Below are positions 32,748 through 43,485 of a DNA stretch of 64,000 bases, piece by piece. This stretch comes from Escherichia coli. Its GTDB lineage: Bacteria; Pseudomonadota; Gammaproteobacteria; Enterobacterales; Enterobacteriaceae. Positions within the stretch are counted from its first letter, which is position 1, and each line of letters begins with the position of its first letter. The stretch is taken from NCBI RefSeq assembly GCF_048403405.1, contig NZ_CP183129.1. One strand, 5' to 3'. Position numbers and translations under genes: made by a program. The notes under the pieces are model-generated. The model did not search any database. It saw nothing but the letters and a program-made list of their open reading frames with translations, and had not been told where the DNA came from.

Positions 32748-34391
32748 ATGTTGAAGCGCCTACTAAAAAGACCCTCTTTGAATTTACTCGCCTGGCTATT
32801 ATTGGCCGCTTTTTATATCTCTATCTGCCTGAATATTGCCTTTTTTAAACAGGTGTTGCAGGCGCTGCCGCTGGACTCGCTGCATAACGTACTGGTTTTC
32901 TTGTCGATGCCGGTCGTCGCCTTCAGCGTGATTAATATTGTCCTGACACTAAGCTCTTTCTTATGGCTTAATCGACCGCTGGCCTGCCTGTTTATTCTGG
33001 TCGGCGCGGCTGCACAATATTTCATAATGACTTACGGCATCGTCATCGACCGCTCGATGATTGCCAATATTATTGATACCACTCCGGCAGAAAGTTATGC
33101 GTTGATGACGCCGCAAATGTTATTAACGCTGGGATTCAGCGGCGTGCTTGCTGCGCTGATTGCCTGCTGGATTAAAATCAAACCAGCCACCTCGCGCCTG
33201 CGCAGTGTTCTTTTCCGTGGTGCCAATATTCTGGTTTCTGTACTGCTGATTTTGCTGGTCGCCGCACTGTTTTATAAAGACTACGCCTCGTTGTTTCGCA
33301 ATAACAAAGAGCTGGTGAAATCCTTAAGCCCCTCTAACAGCATTGTTGCCAGCTGGTCATGGTACTCCCATCAGCGACTGGCAAATCTGCCGCTGGTGCG
33401 AATTGGTGAAGACGCGCACCGCAACCCATTAATGCAGAAAGAGAAACGTAAAAATTTGACCATCCTGATTGTCGGCGAAACCTCGCGGGCGGAGAACTTC
33501 TCCCTCAATGGCTATCCGCGTGAAACTAACCCGCGGCTGGCAAAAGATAACGTGGTCTATTTCCCTAATACCGCATCTTGCGGCACGGCAACGGCAGTTT
33601 CAGTACCGTGCATGTTCTCGGATATGCCGCGTGAGCACTACAAAGAAGAGCTGGCACAGCACCAGGAAGGCGTGCTGGATATCATTCAGCGAGCGGGCAT
33701 CAACGTGCTGTGGAAAGACAACGATGGCGGCTGTAAAGGCGTTTGCGATCGCGTACCTCACCAGAACGTCACCGCGCTGAACCTGCCTGGTCAGTGCATC
33801 AACGGCGAATGCTATGACGAAGTGCTGTTCCACGGGCTGGAAGAGTACATCAATAACCTGCAGGGTGATGGCGTGATTGTCTTACACACCATCGGCAGCC
33901 ACGGTCCGACCTATTACAACCGCTATCCGCCGCAGTTCAGGAAATTTACCCCAACCTGCGATACTAACGAGATCCAGACCTGTACCAAAGAGCAACTGGT
34001 GAACACTTACGACAACACGTTGGTTTACGTCGACTATATTGTTGATAAAGCGATTAATCTGCTGAAAGAACATCAGGATAAATTCACCACCAGCCTGGTT
34101 TATCTTTCTGACCACGGTGAGTCGTTAGGTGAAAATGGCATCTATCTGCACGGTCTGCCTTATGCCATCGCCCCGGATAGCCAAAAACAGGTACCAATGC
34201 TGCTGTGGCTGTCGGAGGATTATCAAAAACGGTATCAGGTTGACCAGAACTGCCTGCAAAAACAGGCGCAAACGCAACACTATTCACAAGATAATTTATT
34301 CTCCACGCTATTGGGATTAACTGGCGTTGAGACGAAGTATTACCAGGCTGCGGATGATATTCTGCAAACTTGCAGGAGAGTGAGTGAATGA
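32748..34391 (+). CDS. eptA: lipid A phosphoethanolamine transferase EptA (PmrC/YjdB), 547 aa
   Basis: ORF track starts at TTG 32703; ATG at 32748 gives [26 protein letters not shown] matching recalled EptA; N-terminal TM domain plus sulfatase-like periplasmic domain. Confidence 0.9.
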   Translation: MLKRLLKRPSLNLLAWLLLAAFYISICLNIAFFKQVLQALPLDSLHNVLVFLSMPVVAFSVINIVLTLSSFLWLNRPLACLFILVGAAAQYFIMTYGIVIDRSMIANIIDTTPAESYALMTPQMLLTLGFSGVLAALIACWIKIKPATSRLRSVLFRGANILVSVLLILLVAALFYKDYASLFRNNKELVKSLSPSNSIVASWSWYSHQRLANLPLVRIGEDAHRNPLMQKEKRKNLTILIVGETSRAENFSLNGYPRETNPRLAKDNVVYFPNTASCGTATAVSVPCMFSDMPREHYKEELAQHQEGVLDIIQRAGINVLWKDNDGGCKGVCDRVPHQNVTALNLPGQCINGECYDEVLFHGLEEYINNLQGDGVIVLHTIGSHGPTYYNRYPPQFRKFTPTCDTNEIQTCTKEQLVNTYDNTLVYVDYIVDKAINLLKEHQDKFTTSLVYLSDHGESLGENGIYLHGLPYAIAPDSQKQVPMLLWLSEDYQKRYQVDQNCLQKQAQTQHYSQDNLFSTLLGLTGVETKYYQAADDILQTCRRVSE

Positions 34392-35056
34392 AAATTCTGA
34401 TTGTTGAAGACGATACGCTGTTATTGCAGGGATTGATTCTGGCGGCGCAAACCGAAGGCTACGCGTGCGATGGCGTGACAACCGCGCGGATGGCGGAACA
34501 AAGCCTTGAGGCCGGTCATTACAGCCTGGTGGTACTGGATTTAGGGTTACCCGACGAAGATGGACTGCATTTTCTCGCCCGTATCCGGCAGAAAAAATAC
34601 ACCCTGCCGGTACTGATCCTCACCGCTCGCGATACGCTGACCGACAAAATCGCCGGGCTGGATGTCGGTGCCGATGACTATCTGGTGAAGCCTTTTGCGC
34701 TGGAAGAGTTACACGCCCGTATCCGCGCCCTGCTACGACGCCATAATAATCAGGGCGAAAGTGAGCTGATTGTTGGCAATCTGACGCTGAATATGGGTCG
34801 CCGTCAGGTATGGATGGGCGGTGAAGAGTTGATTCTGACGCCCAAAGAATATGCTCTGCTGTCACGGTTAATGCTCAAAGCAGGCAGTCCGGTGCATCGG
34901 GAAATTCTCTACAACGACATCTATAACTGGGACAATGAACCCTCGACTAACACCCTGGAAGTGCATATCCACAATCTGCGCGACAAAGTGGGCAAAGCCC
35001 GTATCCGCACCGTGCGCGGCTTTGGCTATATGCTGGTCGCAAATGAGGAAAACTAA
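34388..35056 (+). CDS. basR: response regulator BasR (PmrA), 222 aa
   Basis: ATGA overlap with eptA; OmpR-family receiver plus winged helix ([16 protein letters not shown]...); matches recalled BasR. Confidence 0.95.
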   Translation: MKILIVEDDTLLLQGLILAAQTEGYACDGVTTARMAEQSLEAGHYSLVVLDLGLPDEDGLHFLARIRQKKYTLPVLILTARDTLTDKIAGLDVGADDYLVKPFALEELHARIRALLRRHNNQGESELIVGNLTLNMGRRQVWMGGEELILTPKEYALLSRLMLKAGSPVHREILYNDIYNWDNEPSTNTLEVHIHNLRDKVGKARIRTVRGFGYMLVANEEN

Positions 35057-35065
35057 TTGAATCTG

Positions 35066-36157
35066 ATGCGTTTTCTGCGCCGACCAATATCGCTGCGCCA
35101 ACGGCTGATATTGACCATTGGGGCCATTTTGTTGGTGTTTGAGCTGATCAGCGTCTTCTGGCTATGGCATGAAAGTACCGAGCAGATTCAGCTGTTTGAG
35201 CAGGCGCTACGCGACAATCGCAACAACGATCGCCACATCATGCGTGAGATCCGCGAGGCGGTCGCCAGCCTGATCGTCCCCGGCGTCTTTATGGTCAGCC
35301 TGACGCTATTTATCTGCTATCAGGCGGTACGCCGCATCACCCGCCCGCTGGCGGAGCTGCAAAAAGAGCTGGAAGCGCGCACCGCCGACAACTTAACGCC
35401 CATTGCCATTCACAGCGCCACCCTCGAAATCGAAGCGGTGGTTTCGGCGTTAAACGATCTGGTCAGTCGCCTGACCAACACGCTGGATAACGAAAGGTTG
35501 TTTACCGCTGACGTCGCGCACGAACTGCGAACGCCACTGGCGGGGGTGCGTTTGCATCTGGAACTGCTGGCGAAAACGCATCACATTGATGTAGCACCGT
35601 TAGTGGCACGGCTTGATCAGACGATGGAGAGCGTCTCCCAGCTGCTGCAACTGGCGCGTGCCGGACAGTCATTTTCTTCCGGTAATTATCAACATGTAAA
35701 ACTGCTGGAAGATGTCATTCTCCCCTCGTATGACGAACTCAGTACCATGCTCGACCAGCGACAGCAAACCCTGCTATTGCCAGAGAGCGCCGCCGACATC
35801 ACCGTTCAGGGTGATGCAACCCTGCTGCGGATGTTATTGCGAAACCTGGTAGAAAACGCCCATCGTTACAGCCCGCAAGGCAGCAACATTATGATTAAGC
35901 TGCAAGAAGATGGCGGAGCGGTCATGGCCGTTGAAGATGAAGGACCGGGTATTGATGAGAGTAAATGCGGGGAGTTGAGTAAAGCGTTTGTACGTATGGA
36001 CAGCCGTTATGGCGGGATTGGTCTGGGGTTAAGTATTGTCAGCCGCATTACACAGTTGCATCACGGGCAGTTTTTCCTGCAAAACCGGCAAGAGACTTCC
36101 GGCACGCGGGCCTGGGTACGGCTGAAGAAAGATCAGTACGTGGTAAACCAGATATAA
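35066..36157 (+). CDS. basS: sensor histidine kinase BasS (PmrB), 363 aa
   Basis: ORF track starts at TTG 35057; ATG at 35066; two TM segments, H-box (VAHELRTPL) and HATPase (EDEGPGI); matches recalled BasS. Confidence 0.9.
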   Translation: MRFLRRPISLRQRLILTIGAILLVFELISVFWLWHESTEQIQLFEQALRDNRNNDRHIMREIREAVASLIVPGVFMVSLTLFICYQAVRRITRPLAELQKELEARTADNLTPIAIHSATLEIEAVVSALNDLVSRLTNTLDNERLFTADVAHELRTPLAGVRLHLELLAKTHHIDVAPLVARLDQTMESVSQLLQLARAGQSFSSGNYQHVKLLEDVILPSYDELSTMLDQRQQTLLLPESAADITVQGDATLLRMLLRNLVENAHRYSPQGSNIMIKLQEDGGAVMAVEDEGPGIDESKCGELSKAFVRMDSRYGGIGLGLSIVSRITQLHHGQFFLQNRQETSGTRAWVRLKKDQYVVNQI

Positions 36158-36222
36158 AGAAAGCTGCTGACCACCAGCACGCTGAACACGGTAGTTAAAC
36201 TTTCATAAACACGGTTTTTCAT
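36133..36222 (-). CDS. pmrR: small membrane protein PmrR, 29 aa, convergently overlapping basS 3' end
   Basis: Hand translation of the minus strand: strong RBS ggaggagag then ATG giving MKNRVYESLTTVFSVLVVSSFLYIWFTTY*; matches recalled PmrR; overlaps the last 25 nt of basS. Confidence 0.75.
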   Translation of the reverse strand: MKNRVYESLTTVFSVLVVSSFLYIWFTTY

Positions 36223-36330
36223 TGCACTCTCCTCCGTTAACCTGGAGGAGAGTATGCGCGTCAGAGATTAAGTGAACCTTAAGACTTCAATTGGCCTGAT
36301 AAGACAGCGTCTCAGGCCATCCGTTTCAGC

Positions 36331-37833
36331 TTATTCATCAATTCGCGGATGTTGCTGCACCAGGCGGGTACGTTTCGCCTGCAAATCGGCAATCTCGTGG
36401 TCAATATCATCGATTTTCTGCTCGATATTATCGTAATGCTCGACGAGAATTTCCTTCGCTTCCTGTATATCTGACGCCGCCGGTGTCGCACCTTTCAACG
36501 GACGATTTGCCGTCTCTTTCATGGTTACGCCGGTGATTAAACCAACCACCGCCACTACCATCAGGTAATAGGCAGGCATCATCAGATTCTGCGAGCTTTC
36601 GACCAGCCAGGCCGCCAGTGTTGGCGTCAGACCGGCAACCAGCACCGAAATATTAAATGCCGCCGCCAGCGCGCTGTATCGGATATGCGTCGGGAACATC
36701 GCTGGCAAGGTAGAAGCCATAACGCCCGTAAAGCAGTTAAGGATCACCGCCAGCATCAGTAACCCGGCAAAAATCAGGCCGATGACGTTACTGTTAATCA
36801 GAATAAACGCCGGGATCGCCAACACAAACAGTGCAACACTACCAAGTAGCACAAACGGACGACGGCCAAAACGGTCACTCAGCAAGCCCATCACCGGCTG
36901 GACAAACAGCATACCGATCATAATGGCGATAATAATCAGCACCCCGTGGTCTTCGGAGTAATGCAGGTTATGCGACAAATAACTCGGCATATAGGTCAGC
37001 AACATGTAGTAAGTCACGTTGGTGGCAATTACCAGACCAATACACGTCAACAGGCTGCGCCAGTGTTTGGTGGCAATCTCTTTAAACGAGACTTTCGGGC
37101 CATCCTGCAAACCTTCGCGGTCGCCCTGTTCCAGTTTATCAACATGCTGCTGGAACGCCGGAGTCTCTTCCAGCGCATGGCGCAGGTAAAGCCCGATAAT
37201 CCCTAACGGCAGAGCAATAAAGAACGGAATACGCCAGCCCCAGTCGAGGAAGTTCGCTTCGCCGACAATGGTCGAAATTAACACCACCACGCCCGCACCC
37301 AGCACAAACCCGGCAATAGAACCGAAGTCCAGCCAGCTGCCCATAAATCCACGTTTACGGTCAGGGGAGTATTCCGCAACAAATATCGACGCCCCGGTAT
37401 ATTCACCGCCGACCGAGAAACCTTGTGCCATCTTACAGATCAACAGCAGAATCGGTGCCCAAATACCAATCGTATCGTAGGACGGTATTAAGCCAATACA
37501 GAACGTACTGATCGACATAATCACAATAGTGATAGCGAGGATCTTCTGGCGACCATATTTATCGCCCAACATACCAAAGAAGAGTCCACCAAGCGGTCGA
37601 ATCAGAAAGGGAACGGAGAAAGTGGCAAGTGCAGCAACCATCTGCACGCTGGGGTCAGCCCCCGGGAAAAAAACTTTACCTAATGCGTAAGCAACAAAAC
37701 CATAAACACCAAAATCAAACCATTCCATTGCATTACCCAGTGATGCTGCGGTAATGGCTTTACGCAGTTTACCGTCATCAATAATGGTGACATCACGAAG
37801 GGTAATTGGTTTTACTTTTTTCCTTTTCAGCAT
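36331..37833 (-). CDS. proP: osmosensing proline/glycine betaine:H+ symporter ProP, 500 aa
   Basis: ORF track starts at 37866; ATG at 37833 gives MLKRKKVKPITLRDVTIIDDGKLRK matching recalled ProP; MFS with C-terminal coiled-coil tail (DDIDHEIADLQAKRTRLVQQ). Confidence 0.93.
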   Translation of the reverse strand: MLKRKKVKPITLRDVTIIDDGKLRKAITAASLGNAMEWFDFGVYGFVAYALGKVFFPGADPSVQMVAALATFSVPFLIRPLGGLFFGMLGDKYGRQKILAITIVIMSISTFCIGLIPSYDTIGIWAPILLLICKMAQGFSVGGEYTGASIFVAEYSPDRKRGFMGSWLDFGSIAGFVLGAGVVVLISTIVGEANFLDWGWRIPFFIALPLGIIGLYLRHALEETPAFQQHVDKLEQGDREGLQDGPKVSFKEIATKHWRSLLTCIGLVIATNVTYYMLLTYMPSYLSHNLHYSEDHGVLIIIAIMIGMLFVQPVMGLLSDRFGRRPFVLLGSVALFVLAIPAFILINSNVIGLIFAGLLMLAVILNCFTGVMASTLPAMFPTHIRYSALAAAFNISVLVAGLTPTLAAWLVESSQNLMMPAYYLMVVAVVGLITGVTMKETANRPLKGATPAASDIQEAKEILVEHYDNIEQKIDDIDHEIADLQAKRTRLVQQHPRIDE

Positions 37834-38096
37834 AGCTTTCCTCGCAGAGTTGGCCCATTTCCGCAAACGCCAGAAAAATCAGCGCGACGGCCGCAAAAGG
37901 GGAGCGGGAATTGCAGGATGCAATCTCTGTAACAAGCGTAGCGGGTTTGCTTACACCCTCCGGTTAAGGAATGTACAATCAAACCAGTTGACGCCTGAAT
38001 TGGGCAGTTAATGACCTTTTTACCCTACCAGTGTTTAAATTTGTGATCAACTTCACACATGTATTTCGTTTAGGACTCATTGGTGTAACTGATTAT

Positions 38097-38975
38097 TTAC
38101 ACCAAATTTACAGAGAAGATTTCCTCGACCATTGCCCCCGCCAGACGCTGCGCTGAACAGAGTCGTGGCATCCCCAGCGCGACAGTTTGCCAGCGTTGGG
38201 TCACTGACCAGCAAACGGGTTGTTTATCTGCCGTGGTCCACTTTCCCAGCCAACTTAAAAAATCAGCATGATCCCCGCCCGTCGGAATGGTCGAAGAGGC
38301 AAACCACTGATGGTAATAGTGACGCGTGGTCGGTGCCGCATTGATACTCTCTGCCAGATGTTGTGTCGCTTTCTCGCGCAAATCACCCAGCAACAACGCC
38401 ACCGCTTGCGGGCTTCCCAGACGGCAGGCATCGCCAAATGCCCCCCAGCGCAACTCCTCCAGAACGATAAAACAGCGCCCAGGCAACGACCAGGCGTTAT
38501 ACGCCCCAGCACGCCAGCGGGTAAAAATTTGCTCGCTCTGTTCACCCGCCTGCACCAGTAGGCCTCGTTGCGTTAACGCCTTTTCCTTCCAGCGACAACG
38601 GGCTGAAAACCACTCATACAAGGCGGCAATTTGCTGGGGGAGCTCCGGGAAAGCAGAGTGCTGGCGGTGATCCATTTTTTGCAGCAGCGCCAGATGCTGC
38701 GCGATCTGCGTCAGCGCCAGATGACCGGGATCCAGCATCGACGCCAGTTTTTCCACCAATGTCAGACGCAGGCTAAGCGGCGCATTTAACATCCCGCCGT
38801 TCGTCCATGCCTGAAGCTGCACACGCGCAAGAAGTTCCTGCATCAGTCGTTCACGAAACTGCTGCTGATGGGTTTGTGGATGGCGGGCATCATCGCCCTG
38901 CGCCAGATCCACTAAAAAGCGCGGATGAACCGACTCCAGCACGCGACCGGGGCCGTCCAGTAACGTCTTGATCAA
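38097..38975 (-). CDS. yjcZ: uncharacterised protein YjcZ, 292 aa (co-operonic partner of the dynamin-like CrfC)
   Basis: ORF whose start overlaps the crfC stop by 4 nt; matches recalled YjcZ. Confidence 0.88.
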   Translation of the reverse strand: MIKTLLDGPGRVLESVHPRFLVDLAQGDDARHPQTHQQQFRERLMQELLARVQLQAWTNGGMLNAPLSLRLTLVEKLASMLDPGHLALTQIAQHLALLQKMDHRQHSAFPELPQQIAALYEWFSARCRWKEKALTQRGLLVQAGEQSEQIFTRWRAGAYNAWSLPGRCFIVLEELRWGAFGDACRLGSPQAVALLLGDLREKATQHLAESINAAPTTRHYYHQWFASSTIPTGGDHADFLSWLGKWTTADKQPVCWSVTQRWQTVALGMPRLCSAQRLAGAMVEEIFSVNLV

Positions 38976-41200
38976 TATCGTTCTGCCGTGAAAAGTGTTT
39001 GAATATCATCGCGTAACAGCTGAGCGTCGGTGTAAATCCAGCTGTGAGTCATCACAGCCTGCTGCAATTGCTGCTGCATCAGCCTGACCACCGATTCATT
39101 TTGTTGACGCAGAGCCAGGCTTTCGCGTAAACGCGTCTGTAATTCCGTCAAACATGAAGCGAACTCAGCGAAAAAAGTATTCATGCCTGCCGTAACAGAT
39201 TCATCGACCTGCTCTGCCAGAACTTTAGCCATTTGTTGGCAATAAAGATCGACTTCTGCGCTTAATGCTCGTTGCAACACACTGTAATCAACCGTCTCTG
39301 TCGGGGATTTCTCATTTCCCCGTCCCCAGTCGGGCTGATTCAACCAGCGCGAAAAAGTCTCACGCACAACGCCTAAACGCGTGCTCTGCTCGTCCGTTGC
39401 TTCCTGGCGCGAAATGACTTCACTGAACAGCTGGCGAGTGTTGAAGTGGGGAACTGCGCCGTGAAAAACAGGAAAATGAAACCCAGGACGAAACCCTGAC
39501 TCGCTCAATTCCATTTTGACTTGTTGCTCAATGGGGCGAATAACATCGGTTAACACCCGGCAAAGGGTGGATTCCAGCTCGGCAAAACGCAGCGTAAAGT
39601 CGCGACTGATGGTGTTCTGCGCCGTCTGTAACAGTGTCTCACAGCGGGTACGAATCTCGCTTAACGGCTCCGAATCATCCTGAAACAAGGCGGCTAACTG
39701 CGCATTCACCGCATCTTGCTGTTGACGCAGAAAGTAGTTGGCGGAGGTCAGGGCCAGCTCGATTTCATGTTTAATTTCGCCGCTCACCTGCGCCTGATTG
39801 AGTTGCAATAGCTGCAAACTTTCTTCGATCTGATGGATATTTTGCCGCAATTGTTCACAAGCGACGTTTAACCCGTGCGCACGAAAATCCAGGTATTCCC
39901 GCGCCTGCTGCCCGTAATTCAACAGTTTATGCGCGGCAGATCGCAGAGCATACAACGAGGCGTTAGTGTAAGCGGCATGAAGCAACGCCTGAATTGGCTT
40001 GGCGAACAGCGAATCTTCCCACAACTGATCGGCAGCATGACGAATATGTTCGAGGTCCGCCAGATCGGCATGACGCCAGCGCCTGCCGAGCGCGGCATGG
40101 GCAAAATCTTCCACCCAGCGTTGTTGCTCTGGCGCGGGTAACTTACCGTTGTTGGCTAACTCATGGCGCGCCCGATTCGCCAGGTAGCCCCACATCGACG
40201 ACACTGGAAATATCTGCTGTGGCGTAATACAGCCTTTCATCAGCGTCCCGGAAATCAGTGCCCGCACCTGGTCGGCGTCGTCACTGTTACGATCCTGTTG
40301 ATCGAACTTATTGACCAGCACATACAGCGGCACCGATTGCCCCACCGCCAAAATCGCCTCACGGACCTCTTCATCGGAGATCGATTTCAGTTGCGTATAA
40401 TCCAGCACCGCCAGTACCGCCGAGGCGCGTGCCAGCTGCTGGTTAAGCATTTTTTGCAGATGCGGTTGCCCGGCTTCATTTGGCCCGGGGGTATCCAGTA
40501 ACGTCAACTGACCGGGATAACTCTCCAGCCCCGCCAGATGGACAAACTCCACTTCAATCACGGGAATATGCTCAATGGCGGCGTAAGCAGAAAAAGGAAA
40601 ATCGACGTCCAGCGCCTTCGCCAGTCGCACCAAATCATTCAAACTTTTCAGACAATGAAAAATAGGCTGGGCACCCAGATAATATTTTTCGAAAGCGACG
40701 CCATTTTCGATCCGCTGCATAAGCGCACGCATATCTTTATCTATTTCCAGCACATCGGTCAGATGCTTAATATCGCAATCACGCAGGCGCTGTTGTAATT
40801 TTTGAATTAAACAATCGATTGGCGCGACATGTGAAAAATGCAGTACCGGTTCCTTTTGCCCGGGCGTATGGCGAATAAGCGTCGGCAGCGCAGTCATTGG
40901 GCGATTACGATTAGGCAGAACCTCCGTACCAACAATGGCATTAATGGTGGTTGATTTCCCTGCTTTCATGGTACCGACAATCGCCAGCACCATTTCCAGT
41001 CGGGAAATTTTACGCAACTCATTATTCAGCATCGCGTGACGTTCGGCGATATTAGGCTGACTCCAGGGTAAAGCCAGTTGTGGCGCATCGTCTCCGGGGA
41101 CAGAGAGAGGCATTTTTTCCAGTAACTGCAACTGTTGGCGAGAAAGCTGTAACAGGCGTTCAGCCTCCTGACTTAACTCATACAGGGTCTGTGTGTACAT
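38972..41200 (-). CDS. crfC: dynamin-like GTPase CrfC (YjdA), 742 aa
   Basis: ORF with P-loop/G1 motif GTMKAGKST near the N-terminus and long predicted helical/coiled-coil regions; matches recalled YjdA/CrfC. Confidence 0.9.
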   Translation of the reverse strand: MYTQTLYELSQEAERLLQLSRQQLQLLEKMPLSVPGDDAPQLALPWSQPNIAERHAMLNNELRKISRLEMVLAIVGTMKAGKSTTINAIVGTEVLPNRNRPMTALPTLIRHTPGQKEPVLHFSHVAPIDCLIQKLQQRLRDCDIKHLTDVLEIDKDMRALMQRIENGVAFEKYYLGAQPIFHCLKSLNDLVRLAKALDVDFPFSAYAAIEHIPVIEVEFVHLAGLESYPGQLTLLDTPGPNEAGQPHLQKMLNQQLARASAVLAVLDYTQLKSISDEEVREAILAVGQSVPLYVLVNKFDQQDRNSDDADQVRALISGTLMKGCITPQQIFPVSSMWGYLANRARHELANNGKLPAPEQQRWVEDFAHAALGRRWRHADLADLEHIRHAADQLWEDSLFAKPIQALLHAAYTNASLYALRSAAHKLLNYGQQAREYLDFRAHGLNVACEQLRQNIHQIEESLQLLQLNQAQVSGEIKHEIELALTSANYFLRQQQDAVNAQLAALFQDDSEPLSEIRTRCETLLQTAQNTISRDFTLRFAELESTLCRVLTDVIRPIEQQVKMELSESGFRPGFHFPVFHGAVPHFNTRQLFSEVISRQEATDEQSTRLGVVRETFSRWLNQPDWGRGNEKSPTETVDYSVLQRALSAEVDLYCQQMAKVLAEQVDESVTAGMNTFFAEFASCLTELQTRLRESLALRQQNESVVRLMQQQLQQAVMTHSWIYTDAQLLRDDIQTLFTAERY

Positions 41201-41505
41201 AGAAAATTCTTCCTTAAAGCAAATTTTGTTACTTTTATTTAGCCAGATTGTTTTTGAGTTCTGTTTTCGGCTTTTATAATTACTGCAAGAAATAATTTTA
41301 TATTTAGAGTGTTGTTTTTTATTAGAATAAATAACGTCTTCCGATACGTTTAAAACGTCAGAAAGATAAAAATATCATTTGAATTAAAAAAAGAACAAGT
41401 AGAGCATTAACCTTATCTTAAATAATAAATGGAGGCAAAAAGATTATTTTCTTTTTGCGTTTCCTTTCAAATGAAAACGATCGTCGTCTAAAATCAGCAG
41501 TACCC

Positions 41506-41534
41506 CCGACAAACTCAGGGATTTTGTGTATAAT
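41506..41534 (+). promoter_or_regulatory. putative sigma-70 promoter for yjdM
   Basis: Perfect -10 TATAAT at 41529-41534 preceded by tgtg; candidate -35 ccgaca 17 bp upstream; about 68 bp before the yjdM ATG. Confidence 0.35.
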
Positions 41535-41601
41535 TGCGGCCTTTTTCGGCAATCTGCCGTTTTTTGGCGCTTTTGCCCTGCTGACTTTTGAGGAAATCCA
41601 C

Positions 41602-41937
41602 ATGTCATTACCACACTGCCCAAAATGCAACTCCGAATACACCTACGAAGATAACGGCATGTACATCTGCCCGGAATGTGCCTACGAATGGAACGACGCA
41701 GAACCTGCACAGGAAAGCGACGAGCTGATCGTTAAAGATGCTAACGGCAATCTGCTGGCTGACGGCGACAGCGTTACCATCATTAAAGATCTGAAGGTGA
41801 AAGGTAGCTCTTCGATGCTGAAAATTGGCACCAAAGTGAAAAACATCCGCCTGGTTGAAGGCGACCATAACATCGATTGCAAAATCGACGGTTTTGGTCC
41901 GATGAAACTGAAATCTGAGTTTGTGAAAAAGAACTGA
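41602..41937 (+). CDS. yjdM: zinc-ribbon protein YjdM (PhnA-like), 111 aa
   Basis: ORF track starts upstream in frame; ATG at 41602 with RBS gagga gives [30 protein letters not shown] with a CxxC...CxxC zinc ribbon; matches recalled YjdM. Confidence 0.9.
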
Positions 41938-41955
41938 TTGTATTGTGATCGGTAA

Positions 41956-42031
41956 GCCGGATAAGGCGCTCGCGCCGCATCCGGCAACGATGCCGACTGC
42001 CTGATGCGACGCTGACCGCGTCTTATCAGGC
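41956..42031. repeat. BIME (two inverted REP elements) between yjdM and yjdN
   Basis: gccggataaggcgctcgcgccgcatccggc and gcctgatgcgacgctgaccgcgtcttatcaggc REP-family palindromes. Confidence 0.6.
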
Positions 42032-42096
42032 TTCCCTCTCATCTGTATAAATTTCGAACTACACTTAAGTGGCTTCTCTTAACTGAGGTCACCATC

Positions 42097-42540
42097 ATGC
42101 CGTTAAGTCCCTACCTCTCTTTTGCCGGTAACTGTGCCGACGCAATTGCTTATTATCAACGTACGTTGGGCGCTGAACTGCTCTATAAAATCAGCTTCGG
42201 CGAAATGCCAAAATCAGCGCAGGACAGCGCCGAGAACTGCCCTTCCGGAATGCAATTTCCCGATACCGCCATCGCCCACGCCAATGTGCGCATTGCCGGA
42301 AGCGATATCATGATGAGCGATGCTATACCGTCAGGAAAAGCCAGCTACTCCGGCTTTACGCTGGTGCTCGATTCGCAACAGGTCGAAGAAGGAAAACGCT
42401 GGTTTGACAACCTTGCCGCTAACGGAAAAATCGAAATGGCCTGGCAGGAAACTTTCTGGGCGCATGGCTTCGGCAAAGTCACCGATAAATTTGGCGTACC
42501 GTGGATGATTAATGTCGTCAAACAACAACCAACGCACTAA
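42097..42540 (+). CDS. yjdN: glyoxalase/VOC-family protein YjdN (PhnB), 147 aa
   Basis: ORF MPLSPYLSFAGNCADAIAYYQRTLGAELLYKISFGEM...; matches recalled YjdN. Confidence 0.88.
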   Translation: MPLSPYLSFAGNCADAIAYYQRTLGAELLYKISFGEMPKSAQDSAENCPSGMQFPDTAIAHANVRIAGSDIMMSDAIPSGKASYSGFTLVLDSQQVEEGKRWFDNLAANGKIEMAWQETFWAHGFGKVTDKFGVPWMINVVKQQPTH

Positions 42541-42595
42541 CCCGCCGGGAGGGCCGCCCTCCCGCACTGTCATCGAAATCTCGTTAACTCTTCAT

Positions 42596-42638
42596 CCGTT
42601 AGTCACTTTTAGTTAACAAAATCGTCACAATAATCCGC
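42596..42638 (+). promoter_or_regulatory. candidate Pho box (PhoB binding) in the phnC promoter
   Basis: ccgttagtcacttttagttaacaaaatcgtcacaataa contains GTCAC-containing direct repeats at roughly 11-bp spacing, ending about 35 bp upstream of phnC; resembles the Pho-box consensus. Confidence 0.45.
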
Positions 42639-42672
42639 CACGATGGAGCCACTTTTTTAGGGAGGCTGCATC

Positions 42673-43461
42673 ATGCAAACGATTATCCGTGTCGAGAAGC
42701 TCGCCAAAACCTTCAATCAGCATCAGGCGCTGCACGCGGTTGATCTGAACATTCATCACGGTGAAATGGTGGCTCTGCTTGGGCCGTCGGGTTCCGGCAA
42801 ATCCACCCTTTTACGTCACTTAAGCGGTTTGATTACCGGCGATAAATCTGCCGGTAGCCATATCGAGCTGCTGGGCCGCACAGTCCAGCGCGAAGGCCGC
42901 CTGGCCCGCGATATCCGCAAAAGCCGCGCCAACACCGGCTACATCTTCCAACAATTCAACCTGGTGAATCGCCTGAGCGTACTGGAGAACGTGCTGATTG
43001 GCGCGCTCGGCAGCACGCCATTCTGGCGCACCTGTTTTAGCTACTTCACTCGCGAGCAGAAACAGCGCGCGTTACAGGCGCTAACCCGCGTTGGCATGGT
43101 GCACTTTGCCCATCAGCGCGTTTCCACCCTCTCCGGCGGACAGCAGCAGCGTGTGGCGATTGCCCGCGCGCTGATGCAGCAGGCGAAGGTGATTCTGGCG
43201 GACGAACCCATCGCCTCGCTGGACCCGGAATCAGCGCGCATCGTGATGGACACCCTGCGCGACATCAACCAGAACGACGGCATTACCGTGGTCGTCACGC
43301 TGCATCAGGTGGATTACGCCCTGCGCTACTGCGAACGCATCGTCGCCCTGCGCCAGGGGCACGTCTTCTACGACGGCAGCAGCCAACAGTTTGATAACGA
43401 ACGCTTTGATCATCTCTATCGCAGCATCAACCGCGTCGAAGAGAACGCGAAAGCTGCCTGA
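42673..43461 (+). CDS. phnC: phosphonate ABC transporter ATP-binding protein PhnC, 262 aa
   Basis: Walker [13 protein letters not shown] signature LSGGQQQRV, Walker B ILADEP; matches recalled PhnC. Confidence 0.95.
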   Translation: MQTIIRVEKLAKTFNQHQALHAVDLNIHHGEMVALLGPSGSGKSTLLRHLSGLITGDKSAGSHIELLGRTVQREGRLARDIRKSRANTGYIFQQFNLVNRLSVLENVLIGALGSTPFWRTCFSYFTREQKQRALQALTRVGMVHFAHQRVSTLSGGQQQRVAIARALMQQAKVILADEPIASLDPESARIVMDTLRDINQNDGITVVVTLHQVDYALRYCERIVALRQGHVFYDGSSQQFDNERFDHLYRSINRVEENAKAA

Positions 43462-43485
43462 CATCCCCATCATTGAGGAAAACGA

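Noticed and set aside
41201-41601. Possible small ORF (19 codons, [20 protein letters not shown]) in the AT-rich region upstream of yjdM
   Set aside because: No RBS and no conservation evidence; the region is more likely promoter DNA (a perfect TATAAT lies at 41529-41534).
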